A stretch of 64,000 bases of DNA from Methanocaldococcus sp. 16A (GTDB lineage Archaea > AGJL01 > Methanococci > Methanococcales > Methanocaldococcaceae), in the NCBI GenBank assembly GCA_049860595.1, contig CP187551.1; one strand, written 5' to 3'. Shown here one piece after another: positions 53,430 to 63,785 of this stretch. The position numbers and the translations under genes were made by a program. The notes below the pieces were generated by a model. That model saw nothing but the letters and a program-made list of their open reading frames with translations. It searched no databases and was not told the DNA's origin. The first letter of the stretch is position 1. Every line of letters begins with the position of its first letter.

Positions 53430-54596
53430 TTATCTAAACTCTTTATAGAAGATGTCTGTTGAAGGATGGACTTCCATAAAGTCGTTATATATATCAATTC
53501 CTCTAATTAGCTGAGTAAAGTATGGAAGAATCTCAGCACAAGGAGTCATAATTATAGCTCCCACAATTTTTCCATTTTCATAGTATATTTTGTTTAATCC
53601 TATTCCACTTAAAACTTTAAAGAAGTTACCTTTCCCTACACAGCTTCTTATTGTCTTATATTCATTTGTTTGCTTGCCTACATAAGAAATAGTTAAAGAT
53701 AATCTAATAGTTTTTGGAATTAGCTCATAATTTGGTTTTATTAAGGGTCTATTGTTTATTTCGTTAATTATGTTTTGAGCAACTACTCTTCCTTCCATTC
53801 TTGAAATTGGAGTGTTTCCTCCTCCATTTATTAAGCAATCTCCACAAGCATAAGTTTTCTTTTTATTTATTACTCTTAAATAATCATCAGTTTCAAAAAT
53901 TCCTTTTCCTCCAATAGCTAAGATTTTTGTATAGTTTTCATTTTTTAAAAGTTTTTCAAGCTCTTCTTTGTCATTAATTATCTTAAAGTTTATAACTTTT
54001 TTCATTAAATAATCTCTAATTTCTTCATCTCTAATATCTTTCAAAATCTTAGACCTTGCATATAAAACAACATTACAGCCAAAGTCGGAAAATATTGAAG
54101 CATACTCTGTTGCTACTGTTCCACCACCAATAATTAAGATATTTTCAGGAAGCTCTCTTAAATTTGGTATATCCTTGTGAGTTAAAACCTCATATCCATT
54201 ATAAGAAGTTGGATAATTTCTTCCAGTAGCATAAACTACATAGTCATAATTTTCTTCATATTTCTCTTTAAATTCTTTGTATTTTATGCTAACTCCTGAA
54301 TTTTTTGTCTCATTCTCTAATTTATTTCTAATCTTATCTTGAATTTTATTTATTCTTTCCTGTAACTCCTTAAATGAAATTATTTCCTCTAAATAAACTT
54401 TTTTTCCTTTTAAAATGCTTAAATTATTTAATATATCTCCCATTTCTCTAAGTCCAGTTATATATGTGCATCCATAATTTAAACACGTCCCCCCTATCTT
54501 ATCCTTTTCAAATAAATCAACATCAAAACCATTTTTTGCTAAAAACATAGCAGATGTTCTCCCAGCAGGTCCTGCTCCGACAACAGCTATTTTCAT
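53430..54596 (-). CDS. NAD(P)/FAD-dependent disulfide oxidoreductase (dihydrolipoamide dehydrogenase-like)
   Basis: GAGPAG, GGTCLNYGC redox disulfide, C-terminal HPST. Confidence 0.88.
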   Translation of the reverse strand: MKIAVVGAGPAGRTSAMFLAKNGFDVDLFEKDKIGGTCLNYGCTYITGLREMGDILNNLSILKGKKVYLEEIISFKELQERINKIQDKIRNKLENETKNSGVSIKYKEFKEKYEENYDYVVYATGRNYPTSYNGYEVLTHKDIPNLRELPENILIIGGGTVATEYASIFSDFGCNVVLYARSKILKDIRDEEIRDYLMKKVINFKIINDKEELEKLLKNENYTKILAIGGKGIFETDDYLRVINKKKTYACGDCLINGGGNTPISRMEGRVVAQNIINEINNRPLIKPNYELIPKTIRLSLTISYVGKQTNEYKTIRSCVGKGNFFKVLSGIGLNKIYYENGKIVGAIIMTPCAEILPYFTQLIRGIDIYNDFMEVHPSTDIFYKEFR

Positions 54597-54608
54597 TAAT
54601 CCCACCAA

Positions 54609-56468
54609 TTAATAGTAATACCATATAGTTCTATACTCTTCAATATTTTCTCCAATATCCTTTAAGCTATCTAAGTATTCTTTAATTGGCACATCTACAT
54701 AGGTGTAGAGTTTGGTTGGATATATCCCCTTCTCCCATGGATGCATTAAATAAACTCTACTTCCATTTGGTTTTATTGCTATTAACTCTCTATCCTGCCA
54801 ACCTCTTAAATGGTTTTTCCCCATTCTTGGAACGTTGAATATTGGTTCATCAGTTCTAAATGAACCAGGCAGTAATCTTGCTTCTTCTTTAATCTCTTGA
54901 GCCAATCTTGCTATTGGAACTAAATAATCCTTATGCTCCATTTTTCCTTTTGGATAGAATGTATAATATGGAATAATTCCTACCTTCTTTAACGCAATTC
55001 TTAAAGCTACGTTTTCAAATCTTCTGCTAACATATCTATGGAATACGTGCTGATTATATACACAGATATTATTTGTTCTTAATTTTTTAACAGCCTCTTT
55101 AACTTCTGGAGTTATTTCATAACAGCTCTCTACGTGAGTTGATATCATTAAACTCTTTTCAAAGCTTCCTAATAACTCAGCCAATTCATCTGTTATTCTC
55201 ATAGGAGCTGTTACTATTGTTCTTGTTCCAAATCTAACTCCTATAACATGGTTCATCTCAGATATTCTATTCAATATTCTTTCAATTGCTTTATCATTTA
55301 AACTGAAAGGGTCCCCTCCTGTGATAAGAATTTCAATCATTGAATCATGTTCAGCAAACCAATCTAATGCTTTCTCAACATTCTCCCAACCTTTAAATGC
55401 CTTAGCATCAAAATCTTGAACCATCCAATTTCTTTGACAATAAACACAAATCTGTGGGCAGGATTCATAAGGTTTTATTATTGCTATTGTAACATATCTC
55501 CTTGTTATTAAATCATGTGGTGAAGTGTCATGCTCTCCCATAAAATCAAAGGCAATGTTTCTATCTTCTTTGTGTTCAATCATCTTTTCAACATACCACT
55601 CTGGTGGAATAACCTGCCTTCTAACAGCTAAATCTTCAACGTAAGGATTTTCGAAGTCAAATAAATGTAAATAGTATGGTGTTATTCCAAATGGTATGCC
55701 ATTTTTCACAGCTTTTTCAATAATTTCTAAATCCTCATCAGATATCTTAAAGTTTGTTTCCTCTCTAAGTTCTCTTAATATTTCAACTCCTTTTAAACCT
55801 CTTAATACATTTTTAAATTGCCATTTGTAATTAAACCACTCTTCATCAGTTATTCCAAAGAATTCTTCTAAAACCTCTTTATTCTTTTTTCTCTTTAATA
55901 TAATTCTTTTATCTAATCCACTTGGATATCTGCTGACATATTCTCTCATGATTTCATAAACCTTATCTAAAAAATTAGACCTTGCTATCCCAGCTTCTCT
56001 ACCTTTTATTTCACTAAAATCAATAAATTTAACTCCTTCTTCCAATAATCTCTCTCCTAAGAATCCTAATGAATAATTAGCTTTTCCAGACATTGCTAAG
56101 AATAAATGTTTAAATTCTTCAACAAACCCCTCCCTAATTTCTTTTAAAGCATCTTCATCTCCTTTATATGCTTTCCATAAATATTCTAATGTGCTGAAAC
56201 CTGCTAATCTCTCATTATCTTTTGATATTATGTTTAAAAATATCTCAATTGCCTTTAAAGCCAACCATCTATCAACTTCATTATCAAATCTCTTTTTCAT
56301 TCTGATTTCCCACTCTAATTCTTTACAAAATTCAAATAACTTTTCTCTTGCTTCTTCTACACTCTCACTTTCCTCTAAAATCTCTCCAATCTCTGGGATT
56401 ATATTAAAAATGTCTAAAAATGTTTCGTGATTGAGTGTTTCATATTCAGCCATAGATTTTGTTGCCAT
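54609..56468 (-). CDS. KamA-family radical SAM aminomutase (glutamate 2,3-aminomutase-like signature)
   Basis: CPQICVYCQR, TGGDP, NQHVF, PYY, PLP-Lys region MGKN; long N-terminal extension. Confidence 0.88.
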   Translation of the reverse strand: MATKSMAEYETLNHETFLDIFNIIPEIGEILEESESVEEAREKLFEFCKELEWEIRMKKRFDNEVDRWLALKAIEIFLNIISKDNERLAGFSTLEYLWKAYKGDEDALKEIREGFVEEFKHLFLAMSGKANYSLGFLGERLLEEGVKFIDFSEIKGREAGIARSNFLDKVYEIMREYVSRYPSGLDKRIILKRKKNKEVLEEFFGITDEEWFNYKWQFKNVLRGLKGVEILRELREETNFKISDEDLEIIEKAVKNGIPFGITPYYLHLFDFENPYVEDLAVRRQVIPPEWYVEKMIEHKEDRNIAFDFMGEHDTSPHDLITRRYVTIAIIKPYESCPQICVYCQRNWMVQDFDAKAFKGWENVEKALDWFAEHDSMIEILITGGDPFSLNDKAIERILNRISEMNHVIGVRFGTRTIVTAPMRITDELAELLGSFEKSLMISTHVESCYEITPEVKEAVKKLRTNNICVYNQHVFHRYVSRRFENVALRIALKKVGIIPYYTFYPKGKMEHKDYLVPIARLAQEIKEEARLLPGSFRTDEPIFNVPRMGKNHLRGWQDRELIAIKPNGSRVYLMHPWEKGIYPTKLYTYVDVPIKEYLDSLKDIGENIEEYRTIWYYY

Positions 56469-56539
56469 ATTTTCACCTCTTATAGTATTTCATTTAAATA
56501 CTTAGATATTATGTTATAACCCTTAAGCGTTTTTATAAA

Positions 56540-56580
56540 AGGACTTTCGCATTATTCATATTGTTGATAAGCAAAGTTCT
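56540..56580. repeat. Family A element remnant
   Basis: AGGACTTTCGCA ... GCAAAGTTCT. Confidence 0.55.
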
Positions 56581-56627
56581 CGAAAATTGTCCAAATCTTT
56601 TAAACCTAAAAATAGAACATTACCTTT

Positions 56628-56723
56628 AATAGGACTTTCGCAGGAATAAATTTTTTATTGAATATAGACACCTATAAGGAGTCAGAATACCAAATTTAAT
56701 ATATAAACTGCGAAAGTCTTATT
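56628..56723. mobile_element. Family A palindromic element
   Basis: AATAGGACTTTCGCAG ... CTGCGAAAGTCTTATT. Confidence 0.85.
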
Positions 56724-56956
56724 TAACTAAAAATTTGGACTTTTCAAAAATTAGCACATACTCTCATACTAACAATGTTGTTAATCATATAAAAAATTTT
56801 TTATTATTTGAGATTGTTAATAAAACTATTTCTTATGTTTATATTGCATTAGAAAAAGATTTTATGAGAAATTATGATTAAAAAAAGAAATGAAATATTT
56901 TGAAGGTGAACGACGACCGAATATTTATTTTTAATAGAAAGAATAAAATTTTATCC

Positions 56957-57051
56957 AATAGGACTTTCGCAGGAATAAATTTTTTATTGAATATAGACAC
57001 CTATAAGGAATCAGAATACCAAATTTAATATATAAACTACAAAGTTTTATT
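56957..57051. mobile_element. Family A element, near-identical to 56628-56723, overlaps the leuS stop
   Basis: About the first 80 bp are identical except one base; right TIR eroded. Confidence 0.82.
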
Positions 57052-59872
57052 CAAGATATATTGCTGGTTTAAATGGAATAGCCACTCTCTTTTTATTAGC
57101 TTTATCTTCACCATTAATTATAATTTCCTCAACTCCAAACTCTCTCTTTAAGAATTCTTTGGCATTTTCTAAAACTTCAACCTCATTGATAATTTCTGCA
57201 TTGAGTTTTATTAATTGATTAACTAATTTTGGAATCTCTTTACCATACTTTCTAAACTCTGGATTTCTCATAATAATTGGCATCAATTCTTTTACTGTTT
57301 TTCCTTCATTTTCTTTAATAATCTTCAATATCTCATACTTCCAATCGTCAGCTGTATATAGGTAGATTCTCTTTGGCTGAACCTTAGCAACATTTATAAT
57401 CTCTTTAATATCCTCCATAACTGATTTTAAATACTCCTCTCCTTTCTCAATTTTATCATCTATATACTCTTCCTTGACTTCTGGGAATTTAGCTAATGAA
57501 ACAAATCCTTCTTTTCCTAAAATCTCCCACATCTCTTCACATAAATGTGGAGTGAAAGGAGACATCAATTTTATTATAACTTCTAAGAACTCCTCTAAAA
57601 CTCTTATATTATTTCCTCCTCTTCTTCTATACCATTTTAAGTCATCCAACAACTGATAGAGTAAAATACCAGCTTTTCTTAGCTCAAAGTTTTCCATATA
57701 TTCATCATACTGCTTAACAGCTCTATACAATCTACTCAACAACCATTTATCTATATAGCTAATTTCAATGCCTTTTTCATCTTTTCTTTCAGCAACTTCC
57801 TTTGCAAATAAATACAGTTTTTCTAAAACCTTTTTTGTATTTTCCAATTCTTTAAACTTAATATCAGCATCTTGCGGCAATTCAGCACAGGTTGTTATAT
57901 AGAATCTTCCAACATCAGCTCCAAATTTCTCAGCAACTTCTAAGACAGGCAATACAGGACCTTTTGACTTAGATAACTTTTTCCCCTCAATTGTGACATA
58001 ACCATTAACTACAATACCTCTTGGCCAGAACTCTTCTGGGAATATTGCTACGTGGTTGAAGATATAGAACGTTAAATGGTTTGGAATCAAATCTTTAGCT
58101 GAACATCTCCAATCAACTGGATAGTAGTAGATAAATTCTTTTCTCATACCTTCAATAATATCCTTTGAAATGCCAGTATCTTCAGCAATTTTATCCGCAT
58201 CTCCTTTGCCTAAAAAGATATAATCAAATAACTCTAAAGTTAATTGTTCTGGCTTTATGTTATATTGGTTGATATACTTTGCAATTGTGTAATATGCAGG
58301 ATAAATTGTTGAATCTGATAGAGATTCAATAACCCATCCCTCTTCAAATGGGAACTTTGTACCTAAACCTCTTCTTCTAACACATGCTTTATCCTTCATC
58401 CAATCAATTTTTTCATGGAACACTTGTCTTAAATTCTCAGGAATGAATTTCATCTTATCTACACATTTATGAGCCAATTCTTTCCATTTTTCATCAGAAT
58501 ATTTGATAAACCACTGTCCTTTAACCATTTTAACTATACATGGAGTTCCACATCTACAAATAACCTTTTCTTCACTAAATTCATACATAACCTCAGCAAA
58601 TCCTTTGTCTATTAAATCCTTTGTTAATTTGTCTTTAATCTCCCTAACAGGAATTCCCTCATACTCTAAACAGTTTTCATTTAAAATTCCTTTGTGGAAC
58701 TCATCCTTGTAGATTTTTTTAGTAGCCTCCTCTAATTTATCCTCTTCTTCTTGATTTTTAATGCCCATTTTTTCAACAATCTCCTTTGCAGGATATTTTC
58801 CATAACCAGGAACTTTAATTAATGGAATTAATCCAATTTCATCAACTAAACCTAAATCTCTTAATGCTATATAATCATAAGGTGCATGTGCTGGAACTGA
58901 CATAACGCAACCAGTTCCAATATTTGTTTTTACAAACTTAGCTGGCAATATTGGGACCTCTTTTCCTGTTACTGGGTTTTTTACCTTTTTGTTTATAAGT
59001 TGTTCTCCTTTAAATTCTTCAATAATCTCTATCTTTCTATCTTGGTGTTTTAATTTCTCAGCACATTCCTTTGCCATTATCCATATACCATTATCAATTA
59101 ATTCAATTCCTTCCTCATTTTCTTTCTCTAAGTAAACTTTTGCCTTAACATAAGTTGCTTCAGGATTAACCCAAACGTTTGTTACTCCAAAGACAGTTTC
59201 AGGTCTTAAAGTAGCCATTGGCATTATACAGCCATCTTCTGTTGTGAATTTTATTAAGATATATTCAACTAAAGTAGCATTTTCTCCTTCTAATAAGTCA
59301 TGGTCTTCTACAGGGTTGTCACATCTTGGACAGTATCTAACAGGATGAGAACCTTTAATAATCAATCCTTTCTCTTTCAATTTGTGGAATTGCCATTCTA
59401 TAAATTTATTGAAAACTTTATCATCCGTCTTAAAGTTTCTTCTCCAATCTAAGCTAAATCCCATTCTTTTAAATGCCTCTTCAGCTTTTTTTGAGAAATA
59501 TTCAACAATTTTTTCTGGTGTTGTTAGCTCTAAAAGCTCTTCTTTTGGAATGCCATGCAATTCAGTATATGCCCATATTGTTTTCTCGTCTCTATTTTTT
59601 ATCAACTCAGCTAAACCTAAGATTGGTGTTCCTGTAACATGATAACCAAAAGTCCATAAAACATTCTTATTTTTCATTCTTTGGAATCTTGCAACAACCT
59701 CTGGAATAGTGAAAGTCCTAAGATGCCCAGCATGTAAGACCCCATTTAAATATGGAAACGCCGCAGTTATAAAGAATTTCTCTCTATCATCTGGATTTGC
59801 TTCAAATATCTTTGCCTCCTCCCATCTTTTTTGCCATTTTTTTTCTATCTCTTTAAAGTTAATCATAACCAT
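57047..59872 (-). CDS. leuS: Leucyl-tRNA synthetase
   Basis: PYLNGVLHAGH (HIGH), KLSKS (KMSKS), CP1 editing domain GTGCVMSVPAHAP.D. Confidence 0.97.
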   Translation of the reverse strand: MVMINFKEIEKKWQKRWEEAKIFEANPDDREKFFITAAFPYLNGVLHAGHLRTFTIPEVVARFQRMKNKNVLWTFGYHVTGTPILGLAELIKNRDEKTIWAYTELHGIPKEELLELTTPEKIVEYFSKKAEEAFKRMGFSLDWRRNFKTDDKVFNKFIEWQFHKLKEKGLIIKGSHPVRYCPRCDNPVEDHDLLEGENATLVEYILIKFTTEDGCIMPMATLRPETVFGVTNVWVNPEATYVKAKVYLEKENEEGIELIDNGIWIMAKECAEKLKHQDRKIEIIEEFKGEQLINKKVKNPVTGKEVPILPAKFVKTNIGTGCVMSVPAHAPYDYIALRDLGLVDEIGLIPLIKVPGYGKYPAKEIVEKMGIKNQEEEDKLEEATKKIYKDEFHKGILNENCLEYEGIPVREIKDKLTKDLIDKGFAEVMYEFSEEKVICRCGTPCIVKMVKGQWFIKYSDEKWKELAHKCVDKMKFIPENLRQVFHEKIDWMKDKACVRRRGLGTKFPFEEGWVIESLSDSTIYPAYYTIAKYINQYNIKPEQLTLELFDYIFLGKGDADKIAEDTGISKDIIEGMRKEFIYYYPVDWRCSAKDLIPNHLTFYIFNHVAIFPEEFWPRGIVVNGYVTIEGKKLSKSKGPVLPVLEVAEKFGADVGRFYITTCAELPQDADIKFKELENTKKVLEKLYLFAKEVAERKDEKGIEISYIDKWLLSRLYRAVKQYDEYMENFELRKAGILLYQLLDDLKWYRRRGGNNIRVLEEFLEVIIKLMSPFTPHLCEEMWEILGKEGFVSLAKFPEVKEEYIDDKIEKGEEYLKSVMEDIKEIINVAKVQPKRIYLYTADDWKYEILKIIKENEGKTVKELMPIIMRNPEFRKYGKEIPKLVNQLIKLNAEIINEVEVLENAKEFLKREFGVEEIIINGEDKANKKRVAIPFKPAIYLE

Positions 59873-59906
59873 CACATCCTTATTTTATTTGTTTTGTTTT
59901 AGTTAT

Positions 59907-60422
59907 TTATTCTGTTAATTTTAGCTCTTTTATAATCTCAATAATTATGTGTGACAATTTATTTCCAGCTAATTTAACCTCTTCAGATATTGGGCAGAAA
60001 TCTATTATTTTTGGCTGAATTCCTAAAATGATTATCTCTGTATTTATAAATTTTTTTAAATATTTGACTATTATAGATAATGGCAATGTATGAGTTGAGA
60101 AACTGTAATTTATTATTTCATCCTCTTTTATAATCTTAACTTCTCCAACATCTTTATCCATCAACGCACAATCAATTATTAAAATGTGGGTAGGATTTAT
60201 TTCTTTTAGAACATCAGTAAAAAAGTCAGGAACAGTTCCAGCATTTATTAAATAGAGATTTTTGATATTTACCAACTCTCTCTCTTTATCTATTTTAAAG
60301 TATTCCATTAATTTTTTGATTACATATATCCCAACAGCATCATCTCCTTTTAACTCATTTCCAATACCCATAATAACCAATTTTTTACAGCCTTTTAATT
60401 TATCCAATAGTATTTCTTTCAT
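59907..60422 (-). CDS. hycI: Hydrogenase maturation protease
   Basis: GIGNELKGDDAVG, IIDCA, STHTLP. Confidence 0.9.
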   Translation of the reverse strand: MKEILLDKLKGCKKLVIMGIGNELKGDDAVGIYVIKKLMEYFKIDKERELVNIKNLYLINAGTVPDFFTDVLKEINPTHILIIDCALMDKDVGEVKIIKEDEIINYSFSTHTLPLSIIVKYLKKFINTEIIILGIQPKIIDFCPISEEVKLAGNKLSHIIIEIIKELKLTE

Positions 60423-60432
60423 TGTTATCATC

Positions 60433-61329
60433 CTATTTCTGCGAAATTCCTATTATAAAACCAACTATTAAAGCAATTATAGGGGATATCATCCACCAAA
60501 AAATTATGTTTTTTAAAACATTCCATCTTACAGTTTTTATCCCCTTAGTTAAACCTACCCCTAAAATTCCCCCAACTATTGCTTGGGTTGTTGAAACTGG
60601 CATTCCTAAGGCGGTAAATATTGTAACCGCCAAACCCCCAGAGAGCTGAGCTATAAATGCAGAGGTTACACTTAAATTTGTTATCATAGATAATGTCTCT
60701 GAAACTCTGTTTCCATATAAGTAAGCTCCTAAGCATAAAAAAATAGCTCCAATAATATAAATTATTTGAGATGTAGTAAATGTCCCTAAAACAGTAGGTA
60801 AGTCATTACTTCCCAGATTAAATGCAACAACTCCAGCACTTATTAATAAGAGATATTTAATCATAGTTATCTTTTTGAGTATTGGAATTTCTATCTTTTC
60901 ATAAGCTAAATACAACACATATGCAATTATAACTGCCATGATTGGGGATAGTATCCAACTTAGTAATATTTCACCAAATACAATCAAATTTGATGAACTA
61001 AAACTTAATCCAATCAGAGAGCAGATAATAACTGTATGTAGTGATATTGGCACTTTTTTGTATGTTGAGAGAGTCATAACTAACGCTGAAATTATTAGAG
61101 CCATTAAAGCATCAGAAGATATACTATTTACAGTATTTCCAACATTTTTGGCAAATAATGAACCAATTATAACACAAACACTAAATAAAATTAATAAATT
61201 CCTATATGTTGTAGCTCTTGAAGCATAAGCAGTGCCAATAGCATTGGCAACATTATTAGCCCCAAGAATAAACAACAAATAAAAACTTATAATTAACTTT
61301 AAATCTATGGAAATCTCTATAGCAATCAC
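60433..61329 (-). CDS. Inorganic phosphate transporter (PiT family)
   Basis: GANNVANAIG, GSND, PVSTTQ. Confidence 0.92.
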   Translation of the reverse strand: MIAIEISIDLKLIISFYLLFILGANNVANAIGTAYASRATTYRNLLILFSVCVIIGSLFAKNVGNTVNSISSDALMALIISALVMTLSTYKKVPISLHTVIICSLIGLSFSSSNLIVFGEILLSWILSPIMAVIIAYVLYLAYEKIEIPILKKITMIKYLLLISAGVVAFNLGSNDLPTVLGTFTTSQIIYIIGAIFLCLGAYLYGNRVSETLSMITNLSVTSAFIAQLSGGLAVTIFTALGMPVSTTQAIVGGILGVGLTKGIKTVRWNVLKNIIFWWMISPIIALIVGFIIGISQK

Positions 61330-61344
61330 CTATTATAATAGAAC

Positions 61345-61974
61345 TTATTTTATGTGTAAATAAAGAATATGTAATTCATCAGCTACATCCTCTATGTAGT
61401 CGCTGATATTTACAATGTAGTCAATAAAGTCGCACAAGATTTTTCCTTCCCAAAATGATACAACTTCCAAATTAATTAAATACTTATAAATCTTATTTTG
61501 ATAGATATCATCAATAAATTTTTCTTTATCTTTAATCTCTTTAATAAGAGGGTCTAAATCCCCACCTTTTTCAATAACATCTAAAACTCTCTCCAAATAT
61601 TTAAACATATCCACAGTAATCATTAAAACCAAATCAATTTCATCTTTTAAATACTCATCAAGCTCTTCCTTTAATAACTCATACAACATTGCAGCATGCT
61701 TTAAGCTGTCTAATGTTTCATCTAAAAGCTCTGCAGAACTTGACAACTCTCTCCTCATATTTGGCAAAAAAGCTTTTTCTAAGTTTATCCTTATATTTTT
61801 TGTAGTTTCATCCCCCTCTTCCTCTATTTTTATAATCTTTTTCAATATTTTTTCATCTTTGGAGTTCATATACTTTTTCAATAACTCAATACTTTTTAGA
61901 GACATGCGAATTAGCAACCTAAGGTTTTCTAAAACTATTTTCTCATTATTTCTTTCAAATAAAAAAATAGACAT
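61345..61974 (-). CDS. DUF47/TIGR00153 phosphate transport regulator
   Basis: IEEEGD and ISDYIEDVAD PhoU-like repeats; upstream of pit. Confidence 0.88.
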   Translation of the reverse strand: MSIFLFERNNEKIVLENLRLLIRMSLKSIELLKKYMNSKDEKILKKIIKIEEEGDETTKNIRINLEKAFLPNMRRELSSSAELLDETLDSLKHAAMLYELLKEELDEYLKDEIDLVLMITVDMFKYLERVLDVIEKGGDLDPLIKEIKDKEKFIDDIYQNKIYKYLINLEVVSFWEGKILCDFIDYIVNISDYIEDVADELHILYLHIK

Positions 61975-62045
61975 AGTAATCACATCCATTTTATAAAAGT
62001 TTTTTATTAAAAAACTTTTATAATTTATTATTTATTTTATAAAAT

Positions 62046-62657
62046 TTATTTTACTGATTTAGTAGCTATTTTTATTCCATCTTTATCAATAATAGCAACA
62101 GCACATGCAACAGGATGCTCAAATTCCTCATAATTTAATATATAATCAACTATTTCTTCAGCAGTTTCTCCTTCAATATCTATAATTTGGTTTTCATCTA
62201 TTTTACAAGCATTATAAACTCCTAAATAATAACCTTTCCCTTCTTTTAACTCAACCTTTTTAACTCTAATATCATCATGAGCAACATAACCCATATAACA
62301 TTCATTTTCATCTAAAACAGCTGCAATCCTTGGGGTTTTATAATCATCTTTCTCATAGTCCATAACTGATAGCACATAAATTAACGCATCTCTTTTCCCA
62401 AAGTGTAATTTTTCAGCTATGAAATCAGTATGTGAGCCGTTAGATGCAACAACAACATTATCAACAATTTTTATACAATTGTAGGTTATATAAGGGTTTT
62501 TAAAGATTTCGTTTAGGTCTTTTGGAATTATAGCTACTGTATTGTCATTTATTTTTCTTGCTTCTCTATTTGGAAAGCTTCTACTTGAAACTCTATATGC
62601 AACAAATGACTTTCCGTCTTTTGTTTTCCCTGCAACTAAAAATCTTCCAATATACAT
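62046..62657 (-). CDS. purO: Archaeal IMP cyclohydrolase
   Basis: [36 protein letters not shown]. Confidence 0.96.
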   Translation of the reverse strand: MYIGRFLVAGKTKDGKSFVAYRVSSRSFPNREARKINDNTVAIIPKDLNEIFKNPYITYNCIKIVDNVVVASNGSHTDFIAEKLHFGKRDALIYVLSVMDYEKDDYKTPRIAAVLDENECYMGYVAHDDIRVKKVELKEGKGYYLGVYNACKIDENQIIDIEGETAEEIVDYILNYEEFEHPVACAVAIIDKDGIKIATKSVK

Positions 62658-62682
62658 TTGAATCCCTCCTTTTTCTTTAATT

Positions 62683-62844
62683 TTATTCTAGTTTAATTGC
62701 ATTAATCGGGCAATATCTTGCACAAATTCCACAGTTTGAGCATTTGTTCTTATTTATTATAGCAACTCCATAGGTTTTTATTGCCTTTTTTGGGCAGAAT
62801 ACAACACAATTTCCACATCCAACACATTTCTCCAAGATTTTCAT
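62683..62844 (-). CDS. 2[4Fe-4S] ferredoxin, 53 aa (below the ORF-track cutoff)
   Basis: Hand translation [53 protein letters not shown] has two CxxCxxCxxxCP motifs. Confidence 0.93.
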   Translation of the reverse strand: MKILEKCVGCGNCVVFCPKKAIKTYGVAIINKNKCSNCGICARYCPINAIKLE

Positions 62845-62874
62845 ATTCTCACTAAAAAACGTATTTAATATATT

Positions 62875-63351
62875 TTAGTCTATTGGAATTAACTTAGCCT
62901 CTAACTTGTCTTCAATATTTAGCTTCATAATTGATTTTAGAGGGCATCTTGGGACTGTTGGCGAACCAGGATTTAACAATATAATATCTCCACAATCATC
63001 TATAAATGGTGTGTGGGTATGTCCAGATATCAAAATATCAACACCCATCTCCTTACCTAACAGCTTTAATTTTAATCTATCTCCTCTTGGATAAACAACA
63101 TCTCCATGAATCACTCCTATTTTTATACCATTTATATCTAAAATTTCTTTTTTTGGTAAATCAAGATAGTCCATATTTCCCTTAACAGCTACAACCTTTG
63201 CTAAATCTTTTAATATATTTAAAATCTCTTCATCAGTCACATCTCCACAGTGAATAATTAAATCCACATTAGAAAATTCATCAAAAATAGTTTTTGGCAA
63301 TTCAAAAGCTCTATCATAGAGATGAGTATCAGAGATAACACCAATAAGCAT
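62875..63351 (-). CDS. YfcE-type metallophosphoesterase
   Basis: SDTH, HCGD, GNMD, HG, GHTH, NPGS. Confidence 0.93.
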   Translation of the reverse strand: MLIGVISDTHLYDRAFELPKTIFDEFSNVDLIIHCGDVTDEEILNILKDLAKVVAVKGNMDYLDLPKKEILDINGIKIGVIHGDVVYPRGDRLKLKLLGKEMGVDILISGHTHTPFIDDCGDIILLNPGSPTVPRCPLKSIMKLNIEDKLEAKLIPID

Positions 63352-63418
63352 AATCTCCCCTCATGAGATTGGGATAAACTTAATGAAATAAAATAAAAAA
63401 AAGAACTCAAAAAATGGT

Positions 63419-63743
63419 GGTGTGCATGGCTTCCTTGGGGTGGGCATGCCCCCCAACTCTCTCTCACCCCCAGACTCCTTCTCAGCCCCGCTTACCCCGT
63501 GAGCGCCGACGTCCTGCCTACCGTTGCTCCCTTCCGGGCCTGGCGGGGTTCGGCAGGTAAAGGGGGTTACATCTCCCCTACAGGAGATGCTCCCCCACCG
63601 CCGAGCCCCACGGGACGAGGCATCATCGAGGAGTCTGGGAAGAGAGAGCTGGAGAACATGCCGCCCCCAAGTTTTCGGCCCCCGCATAAGGGCGATTTCG
63701 GGTTACAGGGGACGCCCAACCCCCCGGCCTAGCCATGCACACC
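63419..63743 (-). ncRNA. ffs: Archaeal signal recognition particle (7S) RNA
   Basis: GC-rich island; terminal helix GGTGTGCATGGC/GCCATGCACACC; helix 8 GCCAGGCCCGGAAGGGAGCAAC on the minus strand (63523-63544). Confidence 0.96.
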
Positions 63744-63765
63744 AATTGATAATATAACTACAACT

Positions 63766-63785
63766 CTTTATATATAGTTTGTGGT
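63766..63785 (-). promoter_or_regulatory. TATA promoter of SRP RNA
   Basis: CACAAA-CTATATATAAAG on the minus strand about 25 nt upstream of the RNA 5' end. Confidence 0.65.

Noticed and set aside
56900-56977. GGTGA RBS followed by an ACG-initiated short frame
   Set aside because: No valid start codon, about 22 codons, and it runs into a repeat; at most a gene remnant.
1058-63094. Numerous 60-160 aa antisense or alternate-frame ORFs inside known genes (e.g. 4238-4612, 13406-13807, 36670-37140)
   Set aside because: They lie within well-supported genes and show the Ser/Ile/Phe/Pro-rich composition typical of antisense shadows.
3688-63743. SRP19 and SRP RNA in the same window
   Set aside because: They are 60 kb apart in different synteny blocks; coincidental.
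63258-63757. Four ORFs (63258-63467, 63361-63687, 63499-63732, 63524-63757)
   Set aside because: Shadow frames of the GC-rich SRP RNA gene.
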